Source: an uncultured Gemmatimonadales bacterium
GTDB taxonomy: Bacteria; Gemmatimonadota; Gemmatimonadetes; Gemmatimonadales; GWC2-71-9
DNA: 64,000 bases
Assembly: GCA_963771275.1 (NCBI GenBank)
Contig: CAVYSW010000009.1
Span: 1 to 64,000 of the forward strand
Direction of reading: 5' to 3'
The notes below the pieces were generated by a model. It did no database searches, was not told the origin of the DNA, and saw only the letters and a program-made list of their open reading frames with translations. Made by a program: the position numbers and the translations under genes. The first letter of the stretch is position 1. Every line of letters starts with the position of its first letter. Of this stretch, positions 1 through 11,188 are shown piece by piece.

Positions 1-1862
1 TGCCGCATTCGCCTTCAGCTGGTCGTTCCCCGCGAACCCTGCGTCCAGGCACACCACCCGTTCCGGCTTGTGCTCCGCCATGGCCCGGATCAGCTCCAGG
101 CTCAGCTCTCGCTCGAGGCAGACGAGTAAGGCCCCGCCCGCCACGCTGTGAACCTCCCGCTCCACGAGCGTGATGGTCTCGACCGGCGTGGTAAGCGGGA
201 AGCCGCTCTTGAGCAAGATCTCATAGAGGAGATCGTGCGCGGTTCTGCCAGCACGGATATGGTCCACATGCAGCTCAAGCTGCTTCGCGAGTGCATCCGC
301 GTCCGCTGGCTTCTCCGCCTCCCAGGTTCTGAAATTCGACTCGGCGAGCCTGAAGGTCCGGAAGCCGCGGTCTTGCTTCTTGCCGCCGTCGAGGTCGCGC
401 TGGCCCACGTCCTCGTCATTCAACTTCTTGATAACGCGGCGCAGGCGTTCCTTGCAGATCTCCGCGATCGTGCGATAGTCCTCGCGGCCGGTGGGTTCGG
501 GAAGTTGGACAAGGATGAACTTGCGGGAACCGCCGTCGTCGCGGTTCTGCGCCAGCACCGCGTGGCCTGTGCTGCCTGAGCCCGCGAAGAAATCCAGGAT
601 GATCGAGTCACTCGCCGTCGCGATCTGAAGCATCCGGCGTACAAGTCCAGTCGGTTTGGGTGTTATGAAGAGGTCTTCGCCACTCTCGGCCTCTAGAACG
701 CGACTCAGTTCTTGCTTCGCGTTGCGAGTGCTCCCGACCTCTTGCCATGGCCAGTACGTTTGAGGAACCACACCTTCGCGCACCTCGGAGAAAAAGCGTT
801 TGATTCCCGGGCGATTACTTCCGGACTTCCCCCACCAGACACGGTCGTCACGCTCCAGCTCCTCAAACCGCTCCTTGCTCACACGCCAATAGCTACCGGC
901 CGGCGGACCGGGGATCACCTTCCCCGAAGGTGTAGTGATCGGATAGCGGCCCTCACTGTAGTAGTTTCGTGCGGCGAGATCGCTGAGAAGCCATGGTCCC
1001 CGAGGGTCGTTGTCGGGGTTCTTGTATCGTGCGACCATCTCTTCAGATCGCTCGAGCGGATTCGGACGCCAAACTTCGCCGTGCCGAGCGTAGAGGACGA
1101 GATAATCGTGATCTTCGCTAAGATGGATTGCTGAATTCTTGGGACTGTCCATCTTGTGCCAGATCACAGTGGCAATGAAGTTCTCCTCACCGAAGACCTC
1201 GTTGCATAGCTTGCGCAGATTCTCCAGCTCCCCGTCGTCGATGCTGAACAAAGATGACGCCATCCTCCCGCAGCAGATTCCTGGCCAGATAGAGCCGCGG
1301 ATACATCATGTTCAGCCATTTCGAGTGGAAGCGCCCATCCGCCTCGGTGTTCGTGCCGAATCGTCTTCCCCTCGGCGTCTACCTGACCGGTGTACTCCAG
1401 GTATGTCTGCAGGCTCTCGGTGTAGTCATCAGGATAGATGAAGTCGTTGCCGGTGTTGTACGGCGGGTCAATGTAGATCATCTTGACCTTGCCCGAGGTA
1501 CGACTTCTGGAGCAGCTTCAGCACCTCCAGGTTGTCGCCCTCGATGATCAGGTTCTCGCGTGGTGTCGAAGTTGACGCTCTCCTCCGGACAGGGTCGCAG
1601 CGTACCGAGGCTCGGCGCCTGGATTGCCTTGAAGCACTCGGCCTTGCCCGGCCACGTCATGCCGTAGCGCTCCTTGCCCACGTCCACGGCGTCACCGAGT
1701 GCGAGCTCTGAGGCGGTCGAAGTCGAGCTTTCCGCCCTCAGTGCGGATCTCCGGAAACAGCCGCAGCAGCTCCTGTCGCTTGTCCTCTGCGATGTCGTGA
1801 GATCGAAGATCGAGCCTCTCGGGCTTCAACCCCTCGCCCATCGTCTTGTTCTCATTTGTCAT
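1..1862 (-). CDS. mod: Type III restriction-modification methyltransferase (Mod), multiply frameshifted, 3' end beyond window
   Basis: Fragments read MTNENK...[56 protein letters not shown] (N6-adenine MTase motif IV) and a C-terminal [21 protein letters not shown] at 1862 overlaps the Fic stop. Confidence 0.85.
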
Positions 1863-3010
1863 GCTCGTTGCCTCTTGGCTTTGACCGTCGCAGGCCGTAC
1901 CGGGAATGCGAGGTCTCCCGGTTCTTCTGTCGTGAGGAGTCGCATCAGGCGCGGATTGATGAACAGCTTCTCGCGCCCCGACTTGACCTCGTCCAGCACG
2001 CCCTCGGTAGCGAGGCGCCTGAGATACACCGCGGCCGTCTGCCGCTGGGCGATTCCCGCGTCGACGACGTTGGTAATACGGCAGTAGGGTTGGACGAAGA
2101 TCAGCTCAACCAGCTCACGACTGTACGCACCATATGCGTACTGCCGCACGTACTCACCCGTGCGATTCATCAGGTCACGCATCGCCTGAATGCGCGCCGT
2201 CGTCCATCGAGCGGTTTCATCCACGGCACGCAACAGGTACACGATCCAATCCTGCCATGCCTCCCGCTCGGTCACCGCCAGAAGGAGACGGTAGTACTCA
2301 GGCTTGGCACGAATGATGGCGCGGCTCAGGTAGAGGATGGGCAGGTCGAGGAGGCCCTGTTCGACGAGAAATACCAAGTTCAGGATCCGCCCCGTGCGGC
2401 CGTTGCCGTCTGTGAACGGATGAATGGCTTCGAACTGATAGTGGGCAACCGCCATCCGAATCAGAGGGTCCAGATCTTTCTCGTCATGCAGGAAGCGCTC
2501 CCAATTCGCAAGCAGGTTCCGCAGCCGCTGTTCACCCTCGGGCGGCGTGTAGACCACGTTCTTGCTCGCTTCGTTCATCAGCGCCGTGCCCGGGATCCGC
2601 CGCACGTCGAGATCCACCCCGAGCAGCGTGCGACACACCGTCACTGCTGTTGCGGTGGCCAAGGGTCGCTTCTTCAGCAACTCGATCCCGCGGCGGAGGG
2701 CCGTGCGGTACCGCAAGGCCTCCTTGGTCGCCGGATCGGCGAGCGCCTCCCGGTCGGGCTGCGCGAACCGAAACAGGCGGTCGGCCGTAGTCACCACATT
2801 CTCGATCTCGGAGCTGGCCCGGGCCTCCAGCAGAGGGATCGTGTTGATGAGGACATCCTGGTTCGGGAGGAGTCCTCCCGCTTGCTTGAGCTCGGCGAGC
2901 GCTGCCCGCGCTTCGATGCACGCCTTGAGTACTCGCCGGCTTTCCAGCTCAGCCTGCGGAGGCAGCAGCGGCAGATCATTGTAAGCTCTTGTGCGATCAA
3001 AGCTTACCAT
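1859..3010 (-). CDS. Fic family protein adenylyltransferase with Fic/DOC N-terminal domain
   Basis: [12 protein letters not shown]ic motif, N-terminal YNDLPLLPP and [10 protein letters not shown]; intact frame from ATG 3010. Confidence 0.9.
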   Translation of the reverse strand: MVSFDRTRAYNDLPLLPPQAELESRRVLKACIEARAALAELKQAGGLLPNQDVLINTIPLLEARASSEIENVVTTADRLFRFAQPDREALADPATKEALRYRTALRRGIELLKKRPLATATAVTVCRTLLGVDLDVRRIPGTALMNEASKNVVYTPPEGEQRLRNLLANWERFLHDEKDLDPLIRMAVAHYQFEAIHPFTDGNGRTGRILNLVFLVEQGLLDLPILYLSRAIIRAKPEYYRLLLAVTEREAWQDWIVYLLRAVDETARWTTARIQAMRDLMNRTGEYVRQYAYGAYSRELVELIFVQPYCRITNVVDAGIAQRQTAAVYLRRLATEGVLDEVKSGREKLFINPRLMRLLTTEEPGDLAFPVRPATVKAKRQRA

Positions 3011-3120
3011 TTGCGACCTTCTTCGCGCGTAGTCGACATGTTCGGCCAACCTGTCGATCGCTTCGACAGGTGCCGCCTGATATGTCGAAATCCTAGCAGA
3101 ATTTCGACATATATGCCAGC

Positions 3121-6018
3121 CTACCGCAGGTGCCACCGTACCGTGAACAGTGATTCCCGCTCGGCCGTTTGCTCCAACCGCCGCCCGATCTCGTCCAATA
3201 GCTCGTCCTTCTTGCGATCGACCTCTCGGCTGGCCTGGTCGAAGTCGCGCCACGCCTCATCCCGCTTCGTCTCGAGCGTGCGCGCCTCGCGCTGCCGTTC
3301 GAGCTTCTCGGGTAGGTTGGGCGCCAGGCGTGCCGCGCGTTTGGCCACCTTCAGTGCGTCGTCCAGCTCGTCCAGCGTCGCCTTGAGCGACGTTCTCCGA
3401 TCTTCCGCCCAACGGTCGAGCTTGTCCATCTCCACGTCAAACCATCGCGCGTTCCGAGTCGCCAGCTCCTCCAGGATCTCTCGTGCGCGACGCTCCTGGG
3501 CGTCGCGGTGCCGGGTTGCGACCGACTCGGGAATGTCCTGTAGAGCACCGATAGTGCCCGGAAGGTCGAAGAAGCGGCGACACTGTGAGTCGTCCAACGC
3601 CTCCCCGCCGTCCGTTTCCCCGGTGAAGAAGAGGTGGTCCTCCGTCTCCATGGCAGTGACCGTGAGGCGACAGCAAGACAACCATCCAGTCTGTCTCACG
3701 AAGGGCTCCAGAGCGGCGATTCGCCGACCGCTTTCCCGATAGCCGAAGGTCACCGCCGCCGGAGCAACGGCGAGTCCCCGGCCTAGTCCGAGCACCCGTT
3801 GCGCGAGCGGATGGCCCACGCGATAGGTGTTCACATCTTCCACCCGCTTCCCCATCCGGTATGGGCCCGGGTGAATGCGTTCGCCTGCAAACGGATTCGT
3901 GTGCAGCGTGAAGGCGTACGCCGAGTCATCGAATCGCGCATAGTCGCGCAGGAGATGACGGGTAAGACGCCAGAGCCGCTCGTTGAAGCGGTCGAGCACG
4001 TCCTGGGCCTCTGATGCGGACCTTCTCTACGACTTCCTGATCGAAGTTGTCCAGGAGCTTCTCACGGGCGTCACGCTGGCCGGCGACGATGTCGTCTTCC
4101 AGTTGCTTCTGAAGAAAATCGAACTCGAACTGGATCTGCTCTGGGGTCCGGCATCGCTGGTAGATGGCAGCGATCCGTTTCTCGAAGTCCACGCCGGACT
4201 CGACCGCACCGAGCACCTCGTCGCTGGCTCCGAACACGCCGTTGAATAGCCGGAATTTCTGATCGAGCAGCTCGTAGACGCGCTGATCGGCGGCGTTGGT
4301 CTTGTTGAGGAAGTTGACGACCACCACGTCGAACTTCTGCCCGTAGCGATGGCACCGCCCGATGCGCTGCTCGATCCGCTGAGGATTCCAGGGCAGGTCG
4401 TAGTTCACGACCAGGTTGCAGAACTGGAGGTTGATGCCCTCGGCGCCGCCTCGGTGGCGATCAGAATAGCCGCCTCGTCGCGGAAGTTCTCCACGAGCGC
4501 CGCCCGCATGTCGGCGCTCGGCGAGCCGCTGACATGGTCGGTGCCACGCGTAGCGGTCCAACCACTGCTGGTAGATCGCTTTGGATGTCGGGTCGGTGTT
4601 GGTTCCGTTGAACAGCATCACCTTGCCCGCGGAACTCCGTTTGCTCCAGCAGCCGAAACAGGTATTCCTGGGTGCGCCGCGATTCCGTGAAGATCACCGC
4701 CTTCTGCTGCAGCGGCGCGGTGCGCCCTGGCTCGCCCGGGCCTTCGCCGCCTCCGCAAAGCCCTTCCGCGAGAGCGGTGAGCAAGACTTCGCCCTTGGAG
4801 TTCTTGATGATCGACTTGGCCAGCGTGTGGAATGCGCGCAGCTCGCCCATCTCGCGCTTAAGGCCCGCCAGTTCCTCCGTGCTCAGTTGCTTCTTGAGAG
4901 GGCCTTCTGAGTCGCTACCCTCTCCCCTCCCACTCGTCAGCTAGCTCGTCCAGGCCCTCCCAGTCATCCGGTAGCCCTTCGGGACTCGCATCCACTGCCT
5001 GAGCCGCGGCGACCGCCGCCTCCAGTCGCCCCGCCATCCCGCCAAGCGTCCCGGAGATAGCGTACGATCGACGACGCCAGGAGCTTCCGCAGGATCAGGG
5101 TGATGAGCTGCCGCTGGCTCGCCGGCAGCGCGTACAGCGTCGGCTCGCTGCAGGTAGTCGGAGACGAGATCGTAGAGGCGCTGCTCCTCCGGGGTGGGCA
5201 CGAACTCCTGCACCAGCGCGTGCCGGTTGGTGTACTTGACGTATTCCAGCACCTGCCGTCGCAGGGTTCGCTTGCAGATGGGCTCCAAGCCGTTCCTTCA
5301 GTCGGCGAAGTCGGCGTCGTTTCCCAGTCGTGCGAACCGGGCTCGGAAGCTCTTGCAGATCGCCAAAGGCGTAATCGTCGATGATGCTCACCAGGCCGTA
5401 CAGCTCGAGCAGCGAATTCTGAAGCGGCGTGGCCGTGAGCAGGACCTTCGGGTAGTCGGCGCGACGGCCTGCTTGATAGCAGTTGGCGATCTTGCTCGAG
5501 TTCTTGTAGACGTTCCGCAGGCGATGCGCTTCGTCGATGACGACCAGGTCCCAGGCGGTCTGGCGGAGGTACGGCTCCTTGGTTCGGGCGAATTGATAGG
5601 AGCACAAGACGATCGCGTCCTGCTGGAACGGGTTCAGGTTCCCAGCGCGGATGGCCTCGTTGAACGTCCGCGTCTCGAGAATCACCGACGGCAGAAAGAA
5701 CTTGTCGGCCAGCTCCTGACTCCACTGCTTGCGCAGGTTGGCCGGCACGATCACCAGCAGCCGTCGTTTCCGCTCGGCCCACTTCTGGGAGAGCAGGAGC
5801 CCGGCTTCGATGGTCTTTCCCAGCCCGACCTCATCCGCCAGGATCGCGCCCTTCGAGAACGGGCTCTGAAAGGCAAACAGGGCAGCTTCCACTTGGTGAG
5901 GATTCAGATCGACCTGAGCGTCGGACAGCACTGCCGCCAGCTTCTCGACGCTGTCGGTAGCACAGCGCCTCGTCAGCTCGTGGGCCAAGTACTTAGCATG
6001 AAAGTCCGTCAGACTCAT
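3121..6018 (-). CDS. SNF2-family helicase (RM-associated type), multiply frameshifted
   Basis: [60 protein letters not shown] spread over several frames; coiled-coil C-terminus. Confidence 0.85.
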
Positions 6019-6025
6019 CCCGGGC

Positions 6026-7505
6026 TCACGACGCCGCCATCTGGCGGAGACTATCCAGCAGATCGACGAGGTACCGCGTGTCCATCTTACAGTACTTGAG
6101 CAGCTTCGCGCGCAGAGCCTCCCGCTCCTCAGGCGCAAGGACATCCGTGGTGAGAAGTAGCCGGACCAGGCCAAGCGTCGCTTCGCCGCCCGATGCGATC
6201 TCCAGTTCCTTGTAAGAACCCAACTTGAGCGCGGGCACCACCGCCTTCAGGCTGAAGCTCCCGTCGAAATCCGGGTGGTACACATTGTCCCGCACGATGG
6301 GAAGCAGATCAACGAGGCGTTCTGCAACGGACAGCAGTGCTTCGCGAAGGTCTGGTAGCACTTTGGCGAGACCGACAATACAGCCTTCCTCGAATGCCGC
6401 GTTGTACGCGAGGATGTACCGAGCACCGCTGCAGGCTTCGATCAGCTCCGTTGCAATGCCGGGCCGCGGATCACCAGGGCCATTGGCAAGCCATTCGAAG
6501 TGACGCACCTTGGCGTCTTCGCCGCGGACGTGGCAGCTCAGTTGCGCTGGGACCTGCTCCCATGGCTTGCATCCGTCCCATACCGGGATCGCACGAGCCA
6601 GAGTCTCGAAGTCCAGAAACGCCAACGGCTCCTGCAAGCGTCGCAGCGCCTCACCGAGCGTTGGCTCGACGATGATGCCGTCCTCATGGACGGCTCGGCG
6701 CTGCCGAGCGTTGATAGGCGTGATCTTGAAGTCGTCCGGAATCTGACCCGATGGTCTCCACACCCATGTCGGCCAGCATGCCGAGCTTCTTCTTTCGCAC
6801 GTTGTGGAGTGTGCTTACATGGAACCGTGGCAGAGGGGGCCAGCATCGCTTCAGGAACGGACAGTCGTCCGGTGTGGTGCACTGATCGCCCGTTTCTACC
6901 TCCGGTAGCTCACCACCATCCACCGCGACCAATGCCGGTATTGCTCGTGGAAGGACCGGAAGGACGGCGTCCACCTCGGCGGTGAGATCTGCTCGAACGA
7001 ACAGGTTGCTGAGATCAGGATACTGGCAGTCAGGGTTGAGATGCATGAGCTGAGCCCAGCGCACGGCCAGGCCGGCGCGCCGGCATACGTGAACCTGCAC
7101 GGCGAGGTCGCCCAAATGCGCCCGCTTCACGGAGCTGCTCCCTTTCACCTCCGTGACGCAGAATGCGGCGCCATCCCTCTCCAGGACATCAACGAGGACG
7201 ACGACCCCATCGGCCTCGAAAGCGGCTTCATAGAGTACCTTGGCGCCACGGTCAAGCGCGGCGCGTGTGAGTGCCACGCGTTCCTGAAGCGGCACGAACG
7301 GTGTTCCGATCAGCTCGCCGCCCGGGACATACGTCCGAGCCAGCTTCCCAACTTCGCGTCCTTGGTCGAATCGGTCTTGCAAAACGTCGTCGATCTGAAG
7401 TTCGGGAGCTTTGGGTTCGTGACGGAGCCACCACAGGTACTTCAGGCATCGGAGTCCTGCTAGGACCTCGGCCTTGGACAACGCCGCCCCCGACGATGAA
7501 CTCAT
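6026..7505 (-). CDS. DUF2779-type protein: Cas4-like nuclease plus RNase H-like exonuclease domain, one frameshift near 6760
   Basis: N-part LSK...GLRCLKYLW, VDVL...EVKGS, CTTPDDCPFLKRCW; C-part FLDFET, YNAAFE, DLL, SFSLKAV, YCKMDT. Confidence 0.75.
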
Positions 7506-7511
7506 GAGCTA

Positions 7512-8406
7512 TCAAGCCGAGGGGGAGAGGAACCAGACCGGCCTGAGCGGCAGGAGGCTTCGGTCTTCCTGAGGAATGCGCTCGTAGTGCCGTATCCACA
7601 GATCAAAGAGCTCCTTCGGACCAACCAGGGTGACCTGTCGCTTCTCCTGCTCCCTGGCCTTATCCTCGGCGTCCCTGGTAAACCCGCTTACGCAGACGAA
7701 CAGTCCCACATCCTGGTCTCCCAATACGGCCAAGAACGAACGCAGGCCCTCTACGGACACCTTCGACTCGGTCCGCTTCACCTGAACCTTGATTCGCGGC
7801 CGATCGGCACCGAGCGGATCACGATAGGCGACGATGTCGACGCCCCCGTCCTTACCCTGCGGCGCCACCCAGGCGACGTGGTACCCCATCCCGACCAACA
7901 AGCCGCCCACCAACCGCTGGGAACTCGTACGGGGGCATCTTGCTGAGGTAGGCTTCGATCTCCTTCCAAGCGTCCTCCTCGGCTTCCTCCAGCGTAACGC
8001 TCGCAGAAGCTTCGTCCCCGACCCCCTCCTCGTCTTCGATCTTACTGGTTCGTGGCTTTGCGCTCCGCCACTGCTTGTACCGCTTCCGGACTTCATCATA
8101 GAGAGCCTTCGGGCTCGGATAGCGCTGACGGACATCCACCCCATCCCGAGTCAGAGTCCACATGCCCTTCTCTTTCAGCATCCAGCCGGCCTTAACCGAC
8201 GAGATCGTCGCGAACCGCACGAGCTTATTGAAGCGTCGCACGCCGGGGGCGCTGGGGTACTCTGCTCTCTCAAAGTCGGTGAGATCCAGTTGCTGCTCCA
8301 AGCGGGCGATGACGTCCTTGGCCTGCAGACCATCGGGCGCGTTCGCGAGAATCCCGAAGACACCCCAGACGTATTCAGCAAAGCGCACCTTTGGTACGTG
8401 TGCCAT
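7512..8406 (-). CDS. mrr: Mrr-family restriction endonuclease, frameshift near 7920
   Basis: Mrr_N-like start (VKAGWMLKEKGMWTLT) and catalytic DGGVDIVA...IKVQVKR...GLFVCVSGFT. Confidence 0.85.
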
Positions 8407-8423
8407 GTTGGCGCCTCCGCAGC

Positions 8424-8787
8424 CTAGGGATCCGATGGGTCGTGAGCCGGTCTCTCGCCGACCGCGGCTGAGCGCGGCTGGGTAGTTCGCCCGGTTCACG
8501 GCGATCTTGGCCCGTATGGCATCAACAAGATCTAGCCCGATCCGATCGCAGAACAGCAGCAGGGCGATCCCCACATCCGCAGCCTCCGCAGCGACCCGCT
8601 CCCTGTTATTCTGAGCATCGGACCAGGCATCCGCCTCCGAGCTATGCAGCCACCGGTACTCGGCCAGCAGCTCACCGGCCTCGGACGAGATCGCCATCGC
8701 CAGGTTCTTCGGGTCGTGGAACTGCGCCCAGTCCCGCTCAGCGACAAACGCACGCAACTCTTGAACGAGAGCATCGAGTCGACTCAT
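8424..8787 (-). CDS. MazG-like nucleotide pyrophosphohydrolase (dCTP pyrophosphatase type); 3' end uncertain
   Basis: FVAERDWAQFHDPKNLAMAISSEAGELL...EAADV...KIAVNRANYP. Confidence 0.85.
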
Positions 8788-9719
8788 GCCGTCATCCTAT
8801 CTAGGAAGACGACGTCGTTGTGCCACTCCAGAAACTCCGCACCGGGCTGGCATTCGGGATCAGCCGGCACGTGGATTGGCTGTCCCTGAAGGAGCGATAC
8901 GTCTCGCCGTCGTCGAACTCCTCTTCCAGCCGATCGCTGACCCTGAACTCGAACTTCCGACGTGACGGTCACATAGCCATCATCGAACAGCTTGTGAACG
9001 TCGGAGCGCAGCAGGAGGCCGTTGTCGAAACGGTGCTCGCCGCCCCGATGCACCGGGCGGATGTGCGCCGCTTCGAGGACGGGTAGGGCCTTCTCGCCCG
9101 TAACCGCACACCGTCGTCCGTACGCGTCTGTGATGCGAGCGCTGAACACCCCTTGCCCAGATCGCCGCCGTCTGCCAGCCGTAGCTCTCCCTGCGTGGGC
9201 CCGAATAGCTCGCGGGTACGGCCCGAGCCTCGGGTACCTTGCAGCCGCAGCTCCACATCCCGCCACAGTGAGGCCCCGACCGGGCTCGCTCAGATCGAAC
9301 CCTTTCCCGACTACGATGGCCTTGGCGAACTCTGGGGCGGGAAACCAGTCCCGTTCTTCGAAGAAGAACGGATCCCGCAACATGATGCACCCGATGTTCT
9401 CGCCGAACGCCACACGCGGCGCACCCTTCTTCATGGCGATGACCGCGGCGAAGTCCTCAAACGAAGCCACGGCCGTTCTTCCGGCCGAACGCATTCCACG
9501 CCACCCCGATCGGCAGGACCGAGGAGTACGCGAAGAACCCTCCCCCGGCAATCACGTTCCGAGGGGCCTTCAGCTTGAAGAGAAAGGGCTCGCCGATCGC
9601 CAGAGCCTTGAACTGAGTCTTCCCACTGGGCTGCCAGAAGTTGACCTCGTCGAGGTCCGGCGCTCGGCCGCAGGAATGTCGTACCACTCGATGTCGGTGA
9701 CTGCAACGAAGGCCTTCAC
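8784..9719 (-). CDS. HNH endonuclease (putative restriction endonuclease), multiply frameshifted
   Basis: MKAFVAVTD..WY, DEVNFWQPSG, FLFKL..P.N.IAGGGFF, then YGRRCAVTG...LEAAHI...NGLLLRSDVHKLFD, C-terminal FLEWHNDVVF. Confidence 0.85.
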
Positions 9720-9732
9720 TCTCCTCACCGCC

Positions 9733-10211
9733 TCACTTCCCAAACACCTCCGCCCACGTGCTCGTCCACCGCCTCCGCTGCCCGTCCGCGGTGTTCACCC
9801 ACTCGAACTGCACCCCCTCATCGGTCATGAACAGGTTCAGCTCGACGTCCGGCGTCCCAATCGGCGCTGCCAACTCGGTGAAGTCCACCGCCTGGAGGAA
9901 GTCCAAGGCCGGCGCCTTGTACCACTGCGCATAGACCGTCATGAACGTCACGATCGTCATCTGCGCCGTGAGCGCCACGAAGTTGTCGCGGCTGATGAGG
10001 CCGCCGGCCGGCGCCTCGGCGTGGACCTTGACCTGGAATTGCGTCGCCTCGTAGTTCGGCACCGCGATCTTCACCAGGTCGTACTCGTCGGCCACCATCT
10101 TGCCGGCCTGGATGGTCGACGAGATCCTTGCTCAGCTGCTGCTTCCAGTCCTGGGCGCCGAGCGGAGCGGCCAGCATGGAGACGACGGACAGGGCGATTA
10201 GGACGCGCATG
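9733..10211 (-). CDS. Hypothetical secreted protein, frameshifted
   Basis: Signal peptide MRVLIALSVVSMLAAPLGA-Q in one frame, continued by ORF 9733..10098. Confidence 0.5.
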
Positions 10212-10442
10212 GGACGCTCCTTTGCGGGGCCGCCGGACCGGCCGGCCTTCACGACATCACACCCCGACGGACACTGCCGCCCAAACTAGGGACCCGGTGC
10301 GTCAGTCGCCACTGCTACTGGTAGCAGGTATTGCACAATGCCAGACCCGCAGCCCGGCGGGGTCGGCTAGAACCGAAGCGCTGCCGGGGTTACCTTTGCG
10401 ATGGCGCGAGTCTACCCCTCTCCGCCTCGATCGCCGGCAGTC

Positions 10443-10483
10443 GACGGGACGTAGCGCAGCCCGGTAGCGCACCTGAATGGGGT
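10443..10483 (+). repeat. 41-bp direct repeat equal to the 5' half of tRNA-Pro (att-like)
   Basis: GACGGGACGTAGCGCAGCCCGGTAGCGCACCTGAATGGGGT is identical to 10626..10666. Confidence 0.95.
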
Positions 10484-10627
10484 GGCTCGCAGTGGCTCGC
10501 ACCGCCCCGCTGCGCGGGCCGATGCGACCCGTGCAAGCGTGCTCGCCGACGCTGGCGCGCCGGCATCGCATCAGGGGGATCGCGGGAACCCGCAACCCCC
10601 GGCAGATCCGGGTAGATTGCCTTCTGA

Positions 10628-10701
10628 CGGGACGTAGCGCAGCCCGGTAGCGCACCTGAATGGGGTTCAGGGGGTCGCGGGTTCGAATCCCGCCGTCCCG
10701 A
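10628..10701 (+). tRNA. tRNA-Pro(GGG), CCA not encoded
   Basis: Acceptor stem CGGGACG/CGTCCCG, anticodon arm CCTGA-ATGGGGT-TCAGG, T-arm GCGGG-TTCGAAT-CCCGC. Confidence 0.97.
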
Positions 10702-10704
10702 TTC

Positions 10705-10740
10705 GCAGAGAGCGAGCCACTCGGCTCGCTCTCTGCGTTT
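10705..10740 (+). terminator. Intrinsic terminator-like hairpin after tRNA
   Basis: Perfect 14-bp stem GCAGAGAGCGAGCC-actc-GGCTCGCTCTCTGC followed by GTTT. Confidence 0.7.
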
Positions 10741-10918
10741 CGGGCCGCCGCGCTTCCGCCAACGGGACTCGCCTGCGGCTCGTCCCTTATGGTCGAATCC
10801 CGCCACCTCCCGTTGGCCCTTTCTTCTCGGCCTTCCACGACGGTCGGCTTCGCAAACCCACCAGAACGGAGACGAGAGAACGGAACGGACGGGTGACAGG
10901 GATCATGGGCGCCACGGA

Positions 10919-11131
10919 CTAGGCGGCCACCTCCACGTAGGTCACGTAGCTCGTGGGCTCCGGGACCGGAAACCCCTCGGCGCGCAGCCCCTCCAGGTGA
11001 AACACGATGGCGTCACGCATCTTGCGCTCCACCAGCTCGCGGTCCGAGCCCGTCGTGACGCAGCCGGGGACGTCCGGCGAATACGCCGAGAACCCCGTCT
11101 GCGTCTGTTCCACGATGACCAGGACCCTCAT
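10919..11131 (-). CDS. hicB: HicB-family antitoxin
   Basis: FSAYSPDVPGCVTTG...MRDAIVFHLEGLRAEGFPVPEP. Confidence 0.9.
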   Translation of the reverse strand: MRVLVIVEQTQTGFSAYSPDVPGCVTTGSDRELVERKMRDAIVFHLEGLRAEGFPVPEPTSYVTYVEVAA

Positions 11132-11173
11132 GGCTCGAGCCCCGCCTGCGTGACGCCCGGGGTGACCGGCCAT
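11128..11173 (-). pseudogene. hicA: hicA toxin remnant
   Basis: AGHPG followed, in a shifted frame, by TQAGLEP-stop overlapping the hicB start (ATGA). Confidence 0.55.
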
Positions 11174-11188
11174 GACATCACAGCAGCA

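Noticed and set aside
1856..3742. 628-aa plus-strand ORF
   Set aside because: Antisense shadow of the Fic and SNF2 genes.
6684..7505. CRISPR-associated Cas4
   Set aside because: No repeat-spacer array or other cas genes were seen in the window; the architecture fits DUF2779.
7852..8787. Apparent MazG-Mrr N-terminal fusion ORF
   Set aside because: The linker is junk-like, Mrr has its own ATG at 8406, and a TAG lies at 8424-8426 in another frame. In this indel-rich region a sequence error is more likely.
10445..10520. Second tRNA-Pro gene
   Set aside because: Only the 5' half is present; there is no T-arm or 3' acceptor strand.
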